Assembly: GCA_011364985.1 (NCBI GenBank)
Contig: RDOC01000013.1
Span: forward strand, 1-19,214
DNA length: 19,214 nucleotides
Source: Candidatus Thorarchaeota archaeon
GTDB taxonomy: Archaea; Asgardarchaeota; Thorarchaeia; Thorarchaeales; Thorarchaeaceae
Reading direction: 5' to 3'
Of the stretch, positions 7,839 to 16,867 are shown in pieces (the stretch's first letter is position 1; each line of letters starts with the position of its first letter). The position numbers and the translations under genes are program-made. The notes under the pieces are model-generated. The model was not told where the DNA came from and ran no database searches. It worked only from the letters and a program-made list of their open reading frames with translations.

Positions 7839-8534
7839 TTATTTGTTCGGGTGATGCACTATCCTCGTCCCAACTTTCTCTCCTTTAAGGAGACGAATGA
7901 CTGCTGTCAGGTCATTGCCATTGAAAATGACGGTTGGTATCTTTGACCTACCCACGACTCTGATCGCCACCGGATCGAAGAGCTTGTACTCTCCTGCTCT
8001 GGTTCCAGACCCAGATAGGATATTATCAAGCTGATCAACATTCACCTCATCCAACTTGACCGCACCCGCTTCTTTCGGGTTGCGGTCATATACCCCATCA
8101 ACGTTTGTAGCATTCAGAAGCATCTCCGCCCTAACGCTCTCTGCTGCAAGAGCAGCAACAGCATTCGTAGATTGACCTGGATTCAATCCTCCCATGAGGA
8201 CGACTTTTTCCTGAGCTATGGTTGTCTCAAGCTCATCTAGAGATTCGACAACCTTTGGATACGCCAGATTTCCCAATGCAGCACATAAGAGCTCAGCATT
8301 ATTGCGAGCAACCTTGATTCCAAGCCAATCACATTGCGTTTCAGTCGCTCCCAAATCTCTTGCTGCTGAGATAAACAAACGAGCTGGTTTTCCGCCTCCA
8401 ACGACAATAACTAATTCGTGACCGTTCCCAACGACATCAGTTACAACCTTAGAGTACTTTCTTATCCTGACTAGGTTGATTTCACCTTTGCCGTTATACA
8501 GGAGTGAGCCTCCTAGTTTCAGAACAACACGCAT
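7839..8534 (-). CDS. pyrH: UMP kinase, archaeal type
   Basis: VLKLGGS, VVGGG, PGQSTNAVAA, TNVDGVYD.NPK and GEKVGT. Confidence 0.93.
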   Translation of the reverse strand: MRVVLKLGGSLLYNGKGEINLVRIRKYSKVVTDVVGNGHELVIVVGGGKPARLFISAARDLGATETQCDWLGIKVARNNAELLCAALGNLAYPKVVESLDELETTIAQEKVVLMGGLNPGQSTNAVAALAAESVRAEMLLNATNVDGVYDRNPKEAGAVKLDEVNVDQLDNILSGSGTRAGEYKLFDPVAIRVVGRSKIPTVIFNGNDLTAVIRLLKGEKVGTRIVHHPNK

Positions 8535-8730
8535 TTGTTATGACCCCTAAGTAATTACCGAACAGGTATCTCTCACTGATGCGCTTAAAGAAGATTTCTT
8601 GAATGGGCAGGTTTGCCGAAATCTCGATCACATCAGATACGATTGCTGCAAACTACTGGTCAAGAGGTCTTGCCCATAATCCTTTTAGGGAATGTGCCAT
8701 CCTCGCGACCGAATCAGCACTAGCTGACCC

Positions 8731-11229
8731 TTGCTGACATCAAGGAGATTGAATGTTTTGGCGAAGAAGTTCACACCTGCAATTACATCAAAACGATGGA
8801 AATCAGAATCTGAGAAAGAGATTCTGGACCAGTGGTTCAAGGAAGACCTGTATGCGTTCAATCCTAAGTCAGGGAAAAAAATCTACACCGTTGACACCCC
8901 TCCCCCCTATCTGTCAGGCCCTATGCATATTGGACAGGTTGTACATTACACTCAGATTGACATCAATGCCCGATACCGTCGAATGCAAGGCTTTGAAGTG
9001 AATTTTCCTTTGGGAATTGATCGAAACGGACTTCCGGTTGAGGTGAGAGTGGAAAAGGATTTGGGCTTGAGTATGCATGAAACGCCGCGTGATCTCTTCA
9101 TCCAAAAATGCAAAGAGCGGCTGGATCAAGATGAAATCATCGCAGTGGAAGGGTTCAAACGGCTTGGGGTTGGTTTTAATACCTACGAAGATGAGGGAAG
9201 CTATCGCACCGATAGTCCTCGATATCGTGCTGTGACTCAATCCACCTTTATTGATATTTGGAACAAAGGTCTCGTATACAGCACATATCGTCCAAACAAC
9301 TGGTGTTTTGACTGTGGAACCACTATTGCAGATGCTGAGGTGGAATATTCGGAACGTCCTACGAAGCTTAGCTATCTCTATTTCCATGTGGATGGGATGG
9401 ATCCAATTGAAATCGCCACAACCCGACCTGAGCTTCTTTGTGCCTGTGGAGCTGTATTTATCCATCCAGATGATGAACGATACAGAGAATATGCAGGGAA
9501 GAAGGCCAAAGTTCCGCTGTTCGACTTCGAAGTTCCAATCATTGAAAGCCCTACAGCTCAGATGGAGTTTGGCACAGGTGCTTTGATGGTTTGTAGTTAT
9601 GGTGACCAAGCTGACGTAATGGCCTTTCGTGATTTCGCCCTTGAACCTGTGGCAGCTATTGCACCAAATGGTAGGATGACAGATGCAGCCGGTGAGTATT
9701 CAGGAATGAAGATTGCTGATGCGCGGGAGAAAATGCTGACCGATCTCAAAGAAAAGAAGCTGCTCTTCAAGCAGGAGGACACCATGCAGCGGGTGCCTCT
9801 TTGCTGGCGATCCCGCACTCCCATTGAATTCATTGCAATGGATGAGTATTATGTGAAACAAACAGAATTTGTCGATGCCCTTATGAAAATCGCAAAAGAT
9901 ACTCCATTCTTCCCAGCACATCACAGGCAAATACTCATTGACTGGCTCAATAGGGTATCCGTGGATTGGCCCATAAGCAGACGAAGATACTATGGTACGG
10001 AGATACCAATTTGGTATTGTAATTCCTGCAATGAGGCAATCGTTCCTAACAATGACAAGCTCACCTACTACCAACCATGGAAGGATGACCCTCCCTTCAA
10101 GACATGTCCGAAATGTGGGGCCGAGAAAGGATTCAAGGGCGAAGAGCGAACCTTTGACACCTGGATGGACTCATCAATCAGTGGACTCTATGTTGCAGGA
10201 TATGGATATGACAAGCCCCTTTTCGAGAAAGCTTTCGGAAATGTTATGCGCCCACAAGGAAAGGATATAGTGAGAACTTGGCTATACTACTCTCTTCTTA
10301 GAGTCTATCAGCTTCTAAAGATGCCAGCATTCAGCGAAATCTGGGTCTCAGGACATGTCGTGGATGAAAAGGGTGAAACTATGAGCAAATCGAAGGGCAA
10401 TTCTCCCCCTCCTATGCCTTTCGTAGAGAAGTACGGTGCAGATGCAATCCGCATCTTCGGCATTTTGGAAGCCGGACTGGGAAGTGATATTCGCTTTTCA
10501 GAGGAGCGTCTGGCAGGGGTATCCAAATTCATCACCAAACTCTGGAATGTTTCTCGTTTCATCTCGATGTTTCCCACTCTAAGTTCTATCAAATTCAAGG
10601 ACCTCACTCAGGTTGACCAGTGGATTCTCGCAGAGGTCAACAGCATGGTGGAGAAGATACTCCCAGAATGCAATATTCTGGACTTCCACAAACCTGCTAT
10701 TGAAATTCGGGGATTTACTTGGAACCTCTTTGCAGATCATGTTATTGAATTAGTGAAAGGGAGGTGCTTCAATACTGACGGCAGTTTCAGCGAGAGCGAA
10801 CAAAAGGCTGCCTGGCATACTTTGCATGAAGTCCTCAAAATTGTACTTAAGACCTTGGCCCCGATAACACCGTTTGTTACTGATAAGATCTACAGAGAAC
10901 TCTACAACAAGAACGGAATTCATCATGAGCAATATCCCAAAGTAATCAAGGAATGGAAGTCAGATTTGACAACACAGACAGACCTGCTAATGAAGACAAA
11001 CGGCGGTTTCTGGAAATTCAAGCGCGAGAACAACTTGTCCCTGCGACATAGTATTCCTGAGGCTTGGATTTCGAAGGAGCTCAAACCATGGGGAAGGGAT
11101 CTGCAGGCAATGCACGGGATCGAAAAACTTCATTTCTCAAAGCCCGCCATTAACGATGCCATTGAAGTACAGCTTCCTGAATCCGAGGAGGCTATCTTCA
11201 TTCTTCCCCCTACTCAGACAGAAGAATAG
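8731..11229 (+). CDS. valS: Valyl-tRNA synthetase, archaeal type
   Basis: DTPPPYLSGPMHIGQ (HIGH), ATTRPE, GTG, DWPISR, DTWMDSS, RPQGKDIVRTW and MSKSKGN. The true start may be TTG 8758. Confidence 0.95.
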   Translation: MLTSRRLNVLAKKFTPAITSKRWKSESEKEILDQWFKEDLYAFNPKSGKKIYTVDTPPPYLSGPMHIGQVVHYTQIDINARYRRMQGFEVNFPLGIDRNGLPVEVRVEKDLGLSMHETPRDLFIQKCKERLDQDEIIAVEGFKRLGVGFNTYEDEGSYRTDSPRYRAVTQSTFIDIWNKGLVYSTYRPNNWCFDCGTTIADAEVEYSERPTKLSYLYFHVDGMDPIEIATTRPELLCACGAVFIHPDDERYREYAGKKAKVPLFDFEVPIIESPTAQMEFGTGALMVCSYGDQADVMAFRDFALEPVAAIAPNGRMTDAAGEYSGMKIADAREKMLTDLKEKKLLFKQEDTMQRVPLCWRSRTPIEFIAMDEYYVKQTEFVDALMKIAKDTPFFPAHHRQILIDWLNRVSVDWPISRRRYYGTEIPIWYCNSCNEAIVPNNDKLTYYQPWKDDPPFKTCPKCGAEKGFKGEERTFDTWMDSSISGLYVAGYGYDKPLFEKAFGNVMRPQGKDIVRTWLYYSLLRVYQLLKMPAFSEIWVSGHVVDEKGETMSKSKGNSPPPMPFVEKYGADAIRIFGILEAGLGSDIRFSEERLAGVSKFITKLWNVSRFISMFPTLSSIKFKDLTQVDQWILAEVNSMVEKILPECNILDFHKPAIEIRGFTWNLFADHVIELVKGRCFNTDGSFSESEQKAAWHTLHEVLKIVLKTLAPITPFVTDKIYRELYNKNGIHHEQYPKVIKEWKSDLTTQTDLLMKTNGGFWKFKRENNLSLRHSIPEAWISKELKPWGRDLQAMHGIEKLHFSKPAINDAIEVQLPESEEAIFILPPTQTEE

Positions 11230-11263
11230 AGGAAAAACGGACCTGATAGACAGGATTTAGCAT

Positions 11264-11716
11264 CTATCGGGTTTCTTTCACAATAACCGTATTCTCATGT
11301 TCAGTCTGACATTTCATGCTGTTCGTAACAAGACAATACTTCCCCGCCAATTCAAGTGCCCTCTCAGCTTGGTGCCTGAGTTCTTCGGAATTCACAACTA
11401 CTCTTGTCTTCAGAACAATTCTTGTGAACTGAAATCCTTTCTCCATTCTCTCAAGCGTCCCATGTCCCTCGCAAGTAAACGATTCGAAGTCAAATCTCAT
11501 CTTCTTGGTAAAGGTTACAAAGGTAGTCAAAAGACATGAAGCTGCTGCTCCGACAAAAAGATCTTCTGGAGAAACCACTCCTTCAGGCCCTTCGAACTCT
11601 GGAGGCGTAGCAATTGCAAATCCTGGTTTACCGTCGACGTTGAATTGTCCCGATGTCCCCTCGGTCCAGTCCACAGTCACTTTGTATTCGTGTACGTCTT
11701 CAGTCAATCTACTCAC
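11264..11716 (-). CDS. OsmC/Ohr family protein
   Basis: SPEDLFVGAAASC...KYCLVTNSM, with both conserved Cys. Confidence 0.9.
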   Translation of the reverse strand: MSRLTEDVHEYKVTVDWTEGTSGQFNVDGKPGFAIATPPEFEGPEGVVSPEDLFVGAAASCLLTTFVTFTKKMRFDFESFTCEGHGTLERMEKGFQFTRIVLKTRVVVNSEELRHQAERALELAGKYCLVTNSMKCQTEHENTVIVKETR

Positions 11717-11773
11717 TAATCTGTGCTAAAATCAACCTTAGGAAAAGGGTTTGGGTTCTGGCGATTTGGAACG

Positions 11774-12208
11774 TTACTTCACAACGATCTCATTCTCATG
11801 GGTGACCTGACATTTCATACTGTTTGCTACAAAGCAGTATTTTGCTCCCAACTCAAGTGCTCGTTCAGATTTCTGACGAAGGTTCTCCGATTCTATGACA
11901 AGATGAGACTTGGTTGATATCCTAGTGACTTCAAAACTTCTATCCACTTGCTCTAAGATGCCTGTTGCCGAACACTCGAAAGATTTGAATTCGATATGCA
12001 TTCTTTGAGTGAAGTAGATGAAGGAATTCATGAAACAGACAGTAGCAGCCGCCACAAAGAGATGCTCTGGAGTGTATAATTCCGGAGTGCTTCCCTCGTC
12101 CCTTGGTTTCGCGACCCGTAAATCTGGCATGCCCTCAACATGAACGGTTCCTCCGTCATCTTGGTCCCAAGTGACTCTTACATCATATCCTCTCGTTTCG
12201 CCAGCCAA
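11774..12208 (-). CDS. OsmC/Ohr family protein (paralog of 11264..11716)
   Basis: TPEHLFVAAATVC...KYCFVANSM. Confidence 0.9.
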   Translation of the reverse strand: MAGETRGYDVRVTWDQDDGGTVHVEGMPDLRVAKPRDEGSTPELYTPEHLFVAAATVCFMNSFIYFTQRMHIEFKSFECSATGILEQVDRSFEVTRISTKSHLVIESENLRQKSERALELGAKYCFVANSMKCQVTHENEIVVK

Positions 12209-12225
12209 TCAAAACTCCTCCACAG

Positions 12226-13110
12226 TTAGAGTTCTGACATCATTTTGGTCAGTTTCTTTGTTATTGATAAAGCATCATCCCATCTTCGCTGCCACAAATT
12301 ACGGCCGAAAAGCAAGCCCGCAGCCCCCTCTTCAAGGCACACTCTTGCTCGGTAAACCAAGTCCTCATCGCTCAGCATACTCCCTCCCGAAAAGAAAACC
12401 AGAGTCTTTCCTGCAGACCTGATGACTTTCCTGACCCTCTCTTCATAGCTCAGCTCAAGAGTATCATAAGGCGCTGGTTGTTCCGTCCGTCTCTTGGGGT
12501 CATCACCAGGAACATTCAATTTTACACCTTCAACACCGAGTTCATTGGCAACTCTGGCAGCATAGTCTATGGCATAGAGCGAGTTCTTTCCACCTTTCTT
12601 GTCCACAGCTTCTCCTCGGGGATAGGACCATAGAATAATGGGCATTCCATATCGGTCTGCATCAGCCTTTACCCTCCTGAATTGATTCATGTCTTCTACC
12701 TGTCTGGGACTTCCTACATAGAGCGTATACCCAATTGCATCTGCTCCAATCCGTACTGCATCCTCCACTGAGGCAGTCATGGGTGACATTGCATGGCTGT
12801 CTGATGGAATCCTTGTTTTTCCATTCACTTTGAGAACGATAGGCACCTCTCCAGCATAGCTCAATCCATACTTCTCAGCAAGGCCAAGGTGCAGGGCAAT
12901 CCCGGAGAAGTTGCCTTCGTTTGCAAGTTTGAATTGAAAATCTGGGTTCTCACTCTCTGGATTTGCAAAGAACGTTGATGGACCATGCTCCAAGCCTTGA
13001 TCGATTGGCAGTATCAGCATTCTTCCATTTCCCGGACCGTATTTGTACATTAGGCGGCGAAGTCTCGTTCTTTTTCCAATGTTGAGATGGTTCATCTCAT
13101 CGAGGGTCAA
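12226..13110 (-). CDS. fbaB: Class I fructose-bisphosphate aldolase (DhnA/FbaB family)
   Basis: LPIDQGLEHGP, YTLYVGS, WSYPRG, YAARVANELG...VK (Schiff-base Lys), FSGG and FGRNLWQ. Confidence 0.9.
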   Translation of the reverse strand: MTLDEMNHLNIGKRTRLRRLMYKYGPGNGRMLILPIDQGLEHGPSTFFANPESENPDFQFKLANEGNFSGIALHLGLAEKYGLSYAGEVPIVLKVNGKTRIPSDSHAMSPMTASVEDAVRIGADAIGYTLYVGSPRQVEDMNQFRRVKADADRYGMPIILWSYPRGEAVDKKGGKNSLYAIDYAARVANELGVEGVKLNVPGDDPKRRTEQPAPYDTLELSYEERVRKVIRSAGKTLVFFSGGSMLSDEDLVYRARVCLEEGAAGLLFGRNLWQRRWDDALSITKKLTKMMSEL

Positions 13111-13187
13111 TGTCGTCTTCTCCTATCTCTTGGATGAATAGTTGCGTTCACATGATTTAGTTCGTTATCAAATCTTTCCCCGACATG

Positions 13188-13952
13188 TCAAGGCTTCTTC
13201 GCTTTTACTACCATAAAGAATGGTATTCTCCGTTCTCTGTCGAAGAAATCATCATCGCTAACTGGCTGCGGCTCATCGATTTCTAGAATATCAAGCCCCG
13301 TCTCTACTACAGCATTCGCATAGGTTGAGATTGTTCTGTGGAAGAAACTAATGGGCACCGGGAACTTCTCACCTTGGCGTGTCCTCCAATATCTTTGGTA
13401 TTCATGTTCATCGAAGTAATTATCAACCTTGAAGAAGAGCCCCCTTCTTCTTCTGGTTTCAGGGTCTTTTTTTCCCATCTCCCAAGTTCCTGGTCCGTAG
13501 AAGTTGAATGCTGGATGCACTACCGAGAACACAAGTATACCGTTTTCACGCAATACTCTATGAAATCCCTTCAATGCATCATCCAAGCAGGGAACATTAA
13601 GGAGAACAAGGTTACAGAGAGCAATATCGAAGGAACTCTCATAGCTCTCATCGAGGGCGCATATATTTCCAACGTGATATCTTGCATTTCCGATTGTATG
13701 AAAGTTGCAGAGTTTAATCAGCTTCCTAGAAATGTCCACTCCGGTGACACTGGCTCCTTTCTTAGCATACCTGCGGGACAGATAGCCTTCTCCACAGCCT
13801 GCATCTAGGAGATCCTTTCCGGTAACATCTCCTATCATTCTATCCAAACAGGGAACAAGGATTTCTTGATGATGAGGTGTGCCTGTTCCTCCAATCAGCT
13901 CTGCAAATGCCTCTGAATTCACTTGCCACTGCTCTTCTATCGGATCGCCCAT
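13188..13952 (-). CDS. Class I SAM-dependent methyltransferase
   Basis: LLDAGCGEG, GVDIS, RVLRENG and VVHP. Start placed at ATG 13952; the track extends to TTG 14000. Confidence 0.88.
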   Translation of the reverse strand: MGDPIEEQWQVNSEAFAELIGGTGTPHHQEILVPCLDRMIGDVTGKDLLDAGCGEGYLSRRYAKKGASVTGVDISRKLIKLCNFHTIGNARYHVGNICALDESYESSFDIALCNLVLLNVPCLDDALKGFHRVLRENGILVFSVVHPAFNFYGPGTWEMGKKDPETRRRRGLFFKVDNYFDEHEYQRYWRTRQGEKFPVPISFFHRTISTYANAVVETGLDILEIDEPQPVSDDDFFDRERRIPFFMVVKAKKP

Positions 13953-14016
13953 GAGGGACTTAGTAACAGACTCTCTTGTGAAGCTTTCGCAAAAAGACAA
14001 GACTCATAGAGTCCTG

Positions 14017-14412
14017 CTAGATTCGGTTCCATATCTTACTGACACGTTTTCCAGTTTCTTCAATCACCGGCTGCATTTTGTCTGAGGGTGCCAATCCAAG
14101 CTCGACACCAGCCTTCATTATGGAAAGGTGGGCCACGCTGATCTTTCCGTTTCTCTCAAAGACTGCAACGCTGCAGGGCATGAGCAGAACCATATTCATT
14201 GACGCATCCAAAGCCATCTTGGCTAGAGGCCCTGAGCATCCGAGTACAAATGCTACTTTGGGGTAATTCTCGATGCCCATCTTCTCTTTGAATATCTTAT
14301 GAATCTCCTTAGTAAGAAAAACAGAGAATCCCTCTACTTCGAATGCTTCCTGAACCCTCTTCACAGCTTCATCAAAGCTATATGGCACATCTTTTTCTAA
14401 AATATCAATCAT
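14017..14412 (-). CDS. DUF302 family protein
   Basis: FDEAVKRV..AF...GF, LGC..LA..AL, LLMPCSVAVFE pattern. The true start is ATG 14412 (GGTG upstream); the track extension runs through tRNA-Ala. Confidence 0.85.
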   Translation of the reverse strand: MIDILEKDVPYSFDEAVKRVQEAFEVEGFSVFLTKEIHKIFKEKMGIENYPKVAFVLGCSGPLAKMALDASMNMVLLMPCSVAVFERNGKISVAHLSIMKAGVELGLAPSDKMQPVIEETGKRVSKIWNRI

Positions 14413-14496
14413 AGCACCCTTGTCCACTCGTTCCGTAAAATGAATTTGGATAGTGACGCTATTAGAGAAATGCATCTGATGCAATGAAATGAGAAG

Positions 14497-14574
14497 TGGT
14501 GGACCGGGGGGGATTTGAACCCCCGAACCTTCTGAATGCGAATCAGACGATCTACCAGTCTGATCTACCGGCCC
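14497..14574 (-). tRNA. tRNA-Ala(CGC), intronless, CCA encoded
   Basis: GGGCCGG/CCGGTCC acceptor stem with G3:U70, anticodon arm TCTGA-TTCGCAT-TCAGA, and GGTTCAAATCC T-arm. Confidence 0.96.
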
Positions 14575-14627
14575 ATGCTTCAGTGCTGTCCGCAATTGGA
14601 CATCTTAAAACTTTGTCTACATGAAAA

Positions 14628-14921
14628 TCATATCTCTATACCAAAGGCTTCGGAGAATCTCTCCATCTTGGCAAATTCTCTCAGGAAATCTCGTCCCTTC
14701 TCAGTTAGTCTATAGGTCTTGTTGCTGCTATTCTCATCCATCTGAACTATGAGGTCTTTTTCGATTAGCTCTTCCAAGTATTGTGTTAGCCTGTCATGAG
14801 AGAGATTGGCACTGTATAGAATCTTTGTCGGACCTGCTCCTTCTTCTCCTTCCTCTTGGATGCACTGCATCATATCTGCAAGGATACGTATCTTAGAGCG
14901 ATACGCCCGCTTTGGACTCAT
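14628..14921 (-). CDS. Winged-helix DNA-binding protein (archaeal RS..IL..IL / ArnR1-like HTH)
   Basis: RSKIRILADMM, TKILYSANLS...YLEELIEKDLI and YRLTEKG. ATGA overlap with the upstream gene. Confidence 0.88.
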   Translation of the reverse strand: MSPKRAYRSKIRILADMMQCIQEEGEEGAGPTKILYSANLSHDRLTQYLEELIEKDLIVQMDENSSNKTYRLTEKGRDFLREFAKMERFSEAFGIEI

Positions 14922-15511
14922 TCCTCTCGGCCTACCTTAAGGAGCATGACTAGTAGTGCGAGAAAGGCAAGGAGCTGCAGTATCTGACTTAGGAGATAGC
15001 CACTATTCGTCACGATCGCGGAGTGACTGAGTAGCAGAAGCACAAACCCAACTAAGACGTACAAACCATACCTACTCCTTGTCGACATGTAGTTCATCAA
15101 TGACTGCAATACAACAATGACTAGTAGTATGAGCCCTACAGTTTCAAGGTTGAAATCCACAAGCAGTGGTATTTGCATGAACATGACCAACTCGGGTGTC
15201 ATTTTCGATATTGTATGCCGGGTGGAAACCACAAACAGGACATATGCCATGATTCTCATGAAGCTCGTGGCGATGACCACAATCGTTAGAGTTTCGAGAT
15301 TGGAGGAAACGGCTGCATAGAGAATCCCCAAGACCCGCCCGTACATCCCAGCTGAGAGAACCAAGAACCCGGTCGAAAGGTCTGCTAGTCTCTTCTGCTG
15401 AGTGAATCTGAACGCCTTGTTGGAGTAGTGGGAGACTAGCAAAGCAATTGTTGCACTAATCGTTTCGAGCAATAGAATCGCTCCGAGCTGGTCTGGTGTG
15501 ATATCCTGCAT
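14918..15511 (-). CDS. Polytopic (6-7 TM) membrane protein, putative sensor
   Basis: Multiple hydrophobic segments, a GGAGGT SD, and translational coupling to the wHTH gene. Confidence 0.8.
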   Translation of the reverse strand: MQDITPDQLGAILLLETISATIALLVSHYSNKAFRFTQQKRLADLSTGFLVLSAGMYGRVLGILYAAVSSNLETLTIVVIATSFMRIMAYVLFVVSTRHTISKMTPELVMFMQIPLLVDFNLETVGLILLVIVVLQSLMNYMSTRSRYGLYVLVGFVLLLLSHSAIVTNSGYLLSQILQLLAFLALLVMLLKVGREE

Positions 15512-15546
15512 CTGCCAACCTCCTTGCCTGTCTTCCTAGTGATGTC

Positions 15547-15678
15547 TTTATTATAATAGGATGAATCATCCAGCACATTTGGATGATTCTATGATTTACT
15601 CCGACAAGACAGCTTCATCAGGCGAAAAGATTTGCTAGACGAATCATCCAGAGCTATCGTTCATTGGGTCTTTATATT
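15547..15678. promoter_or_regulatory. Divergent promoters with GGATGAWTCATCC-type operator sites
   Basis: TATA-like elements at 15547-15557 (minus) and 15671-15678 (plus). Palindrome GGATGAATCATCC at 15559-15571, GAATCATCCA-N7-TGGATGATTC at 15563-15589, and AGACGAATCATCC at 15637-15649. Confidence 0.65.
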
Positions 15679-15756
15679 CAGAGATATGATTGATTCATGT
15701 GGAAGACACCGAGAACTGCAATCAGCTGAGGATCTTGTCTGAAGCTGCTCTTGAAT

Positions 15757-15795
15757 GGCGGGGTTTTCATACTCCGCCCTTCCATCACTTTTTTG
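15757..15795 (+). terminator. GC hairpin followed by a T-run
   Basis: GGCGGGG-TTTTCATA-CTCCGCC, then TTTTTT about 10 nt later. Confidence 0.45.
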
Positions 15796-15851
15796 AGGTG
15801 ATCGCTTCAAAGCGGCAATACTCTATTCCATCGTTATACCACCAGAGATGA

Positions 15852-16283
15852 ATGTCTATGCCTCAATGTTCGATATGCGGAAAGCAAATACGTCCAAGAA
15901 TAGCTGCTCAAATACATCAAATGGCAGATGGTCCTCTTCTCTGCAGGCAATGTGCACTGAAAGCCGAATCTAGGAAGGACCCTCCTAGACCTGTATGTCA
16001 GAGTTGTGGCGAAAAGATAGAAACCCGAATATTCCAAAGGATTACGAGAGCTCGATCAAGGGGCAGGATGGCACCAATGCTCTGCAAGAGCTGTTTTCTG
16101 AAAGGTCGAAAAAGTCAATTTCCAAGTCCCCCAGCCAAAGGGAAATCGTCTGATATGAAAGAGTGGGGTTGTTCCAAATGTGGTGCTCCGCTTGAGCCAG
16201 AGGAAGTTGATCACATCAATAATGGACAGTCAATTAGCTGCGAATACTGCGGAACGACACTTACTGATGATATCTTCAAGTAG
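15852..16283 (+). CDS. Small protein with three C4 zinc-binding modules
   Basis: CSIC..CRQC, CQSC..CKSC and CSKCGAPL..CEYCG. Confidence 0.8.
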   Translation: MSMPQCSICGKQIRPRIAAQIHQMADGPLLCRQCALKAESRKDPPRPVCQSCGEKIETRIFQRITRARSRGRMAPMLCKSCFLKGRKSQFPSPPAKGKSSDMKEWGCSKCGAPLEPEEVDHINNGQSISCEYCGTTLTDDIFK

Positions 16284-16867
16284 AATCAGATGATTGCCAC
16301 TTGTCCTTGATTGTTCTAATATAGCTTTTAAAAATCTGCAGTTGAGTAGGTTATTCTACCATGAAATACCCCAAGATCGACAGACATCTCTGCAGTCCTG
16401 ATGGCGGCCTTGAGCGGCTTGATCGCAGGTATTTCGGAAGTTTCTGCCATTTCATCGACAAGAAGAAACACCGTTGACATGATTCAGGAACCATGCACCC
16501 ATCTCCTTTTCCAAGAAAATCACATCATACCTATCATTCCCAATCCCCATCATCGTCTCAACATAGGTTCTATTTCCTCCCTCTTATACCCTCTAGAAAG
16601 AGGGTCTTCTCGTATTCCCATTACAGAAATGTTCACATCGGGTCCAGCAACAGAATTGGCATTCTTCGTTCGACATTTTATCTCATTTTCTGGCGTTCTG
16701 GCTCTTTGGTAATAGATATGGTATGTCTCTTAGTCTGGCGTCGGACCAATTCAATGAATCATGACCATTCAGAATATTGAATTCGTAAAGCTTTGATAAT
16801 CTGCTCCAAGGCGAAAAATGATATTGAGTAGTTGATGCAGCTGATTACTCAAAGGCGGTATTAGAAT

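Noticed and set aside
8914-10932. Long alternative-frame and antisense ORFs inside valS (likewise those inside polX, the deacetylase, OsmC and methyltransferase genes)
   Set aside because: Shadow ORFs of well-supported genes.
14413-14595. N-terminal extension of ORF 14017..14595
   Set aside because: It runs through tRNA-Ala. The DUF302-like domain starts at ATG 14412.
15680-15800. Possible C/D-box sRNA or fluoride riboswitch
   Set aside because: CTGA boxes are present but there is no proper RTGATGA C box, and the hairpin lacks the GAUGG...pseudoknot consensus of the fluoride riboswitch.
16361-16780. Overlapping + strand ORFs 16401..16712 and 16493..16780
   Set aside because: Hydrophobic patches are scattered over different frames. 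This could be a decayed membrane-protein gene, but I cannot support a specific call.
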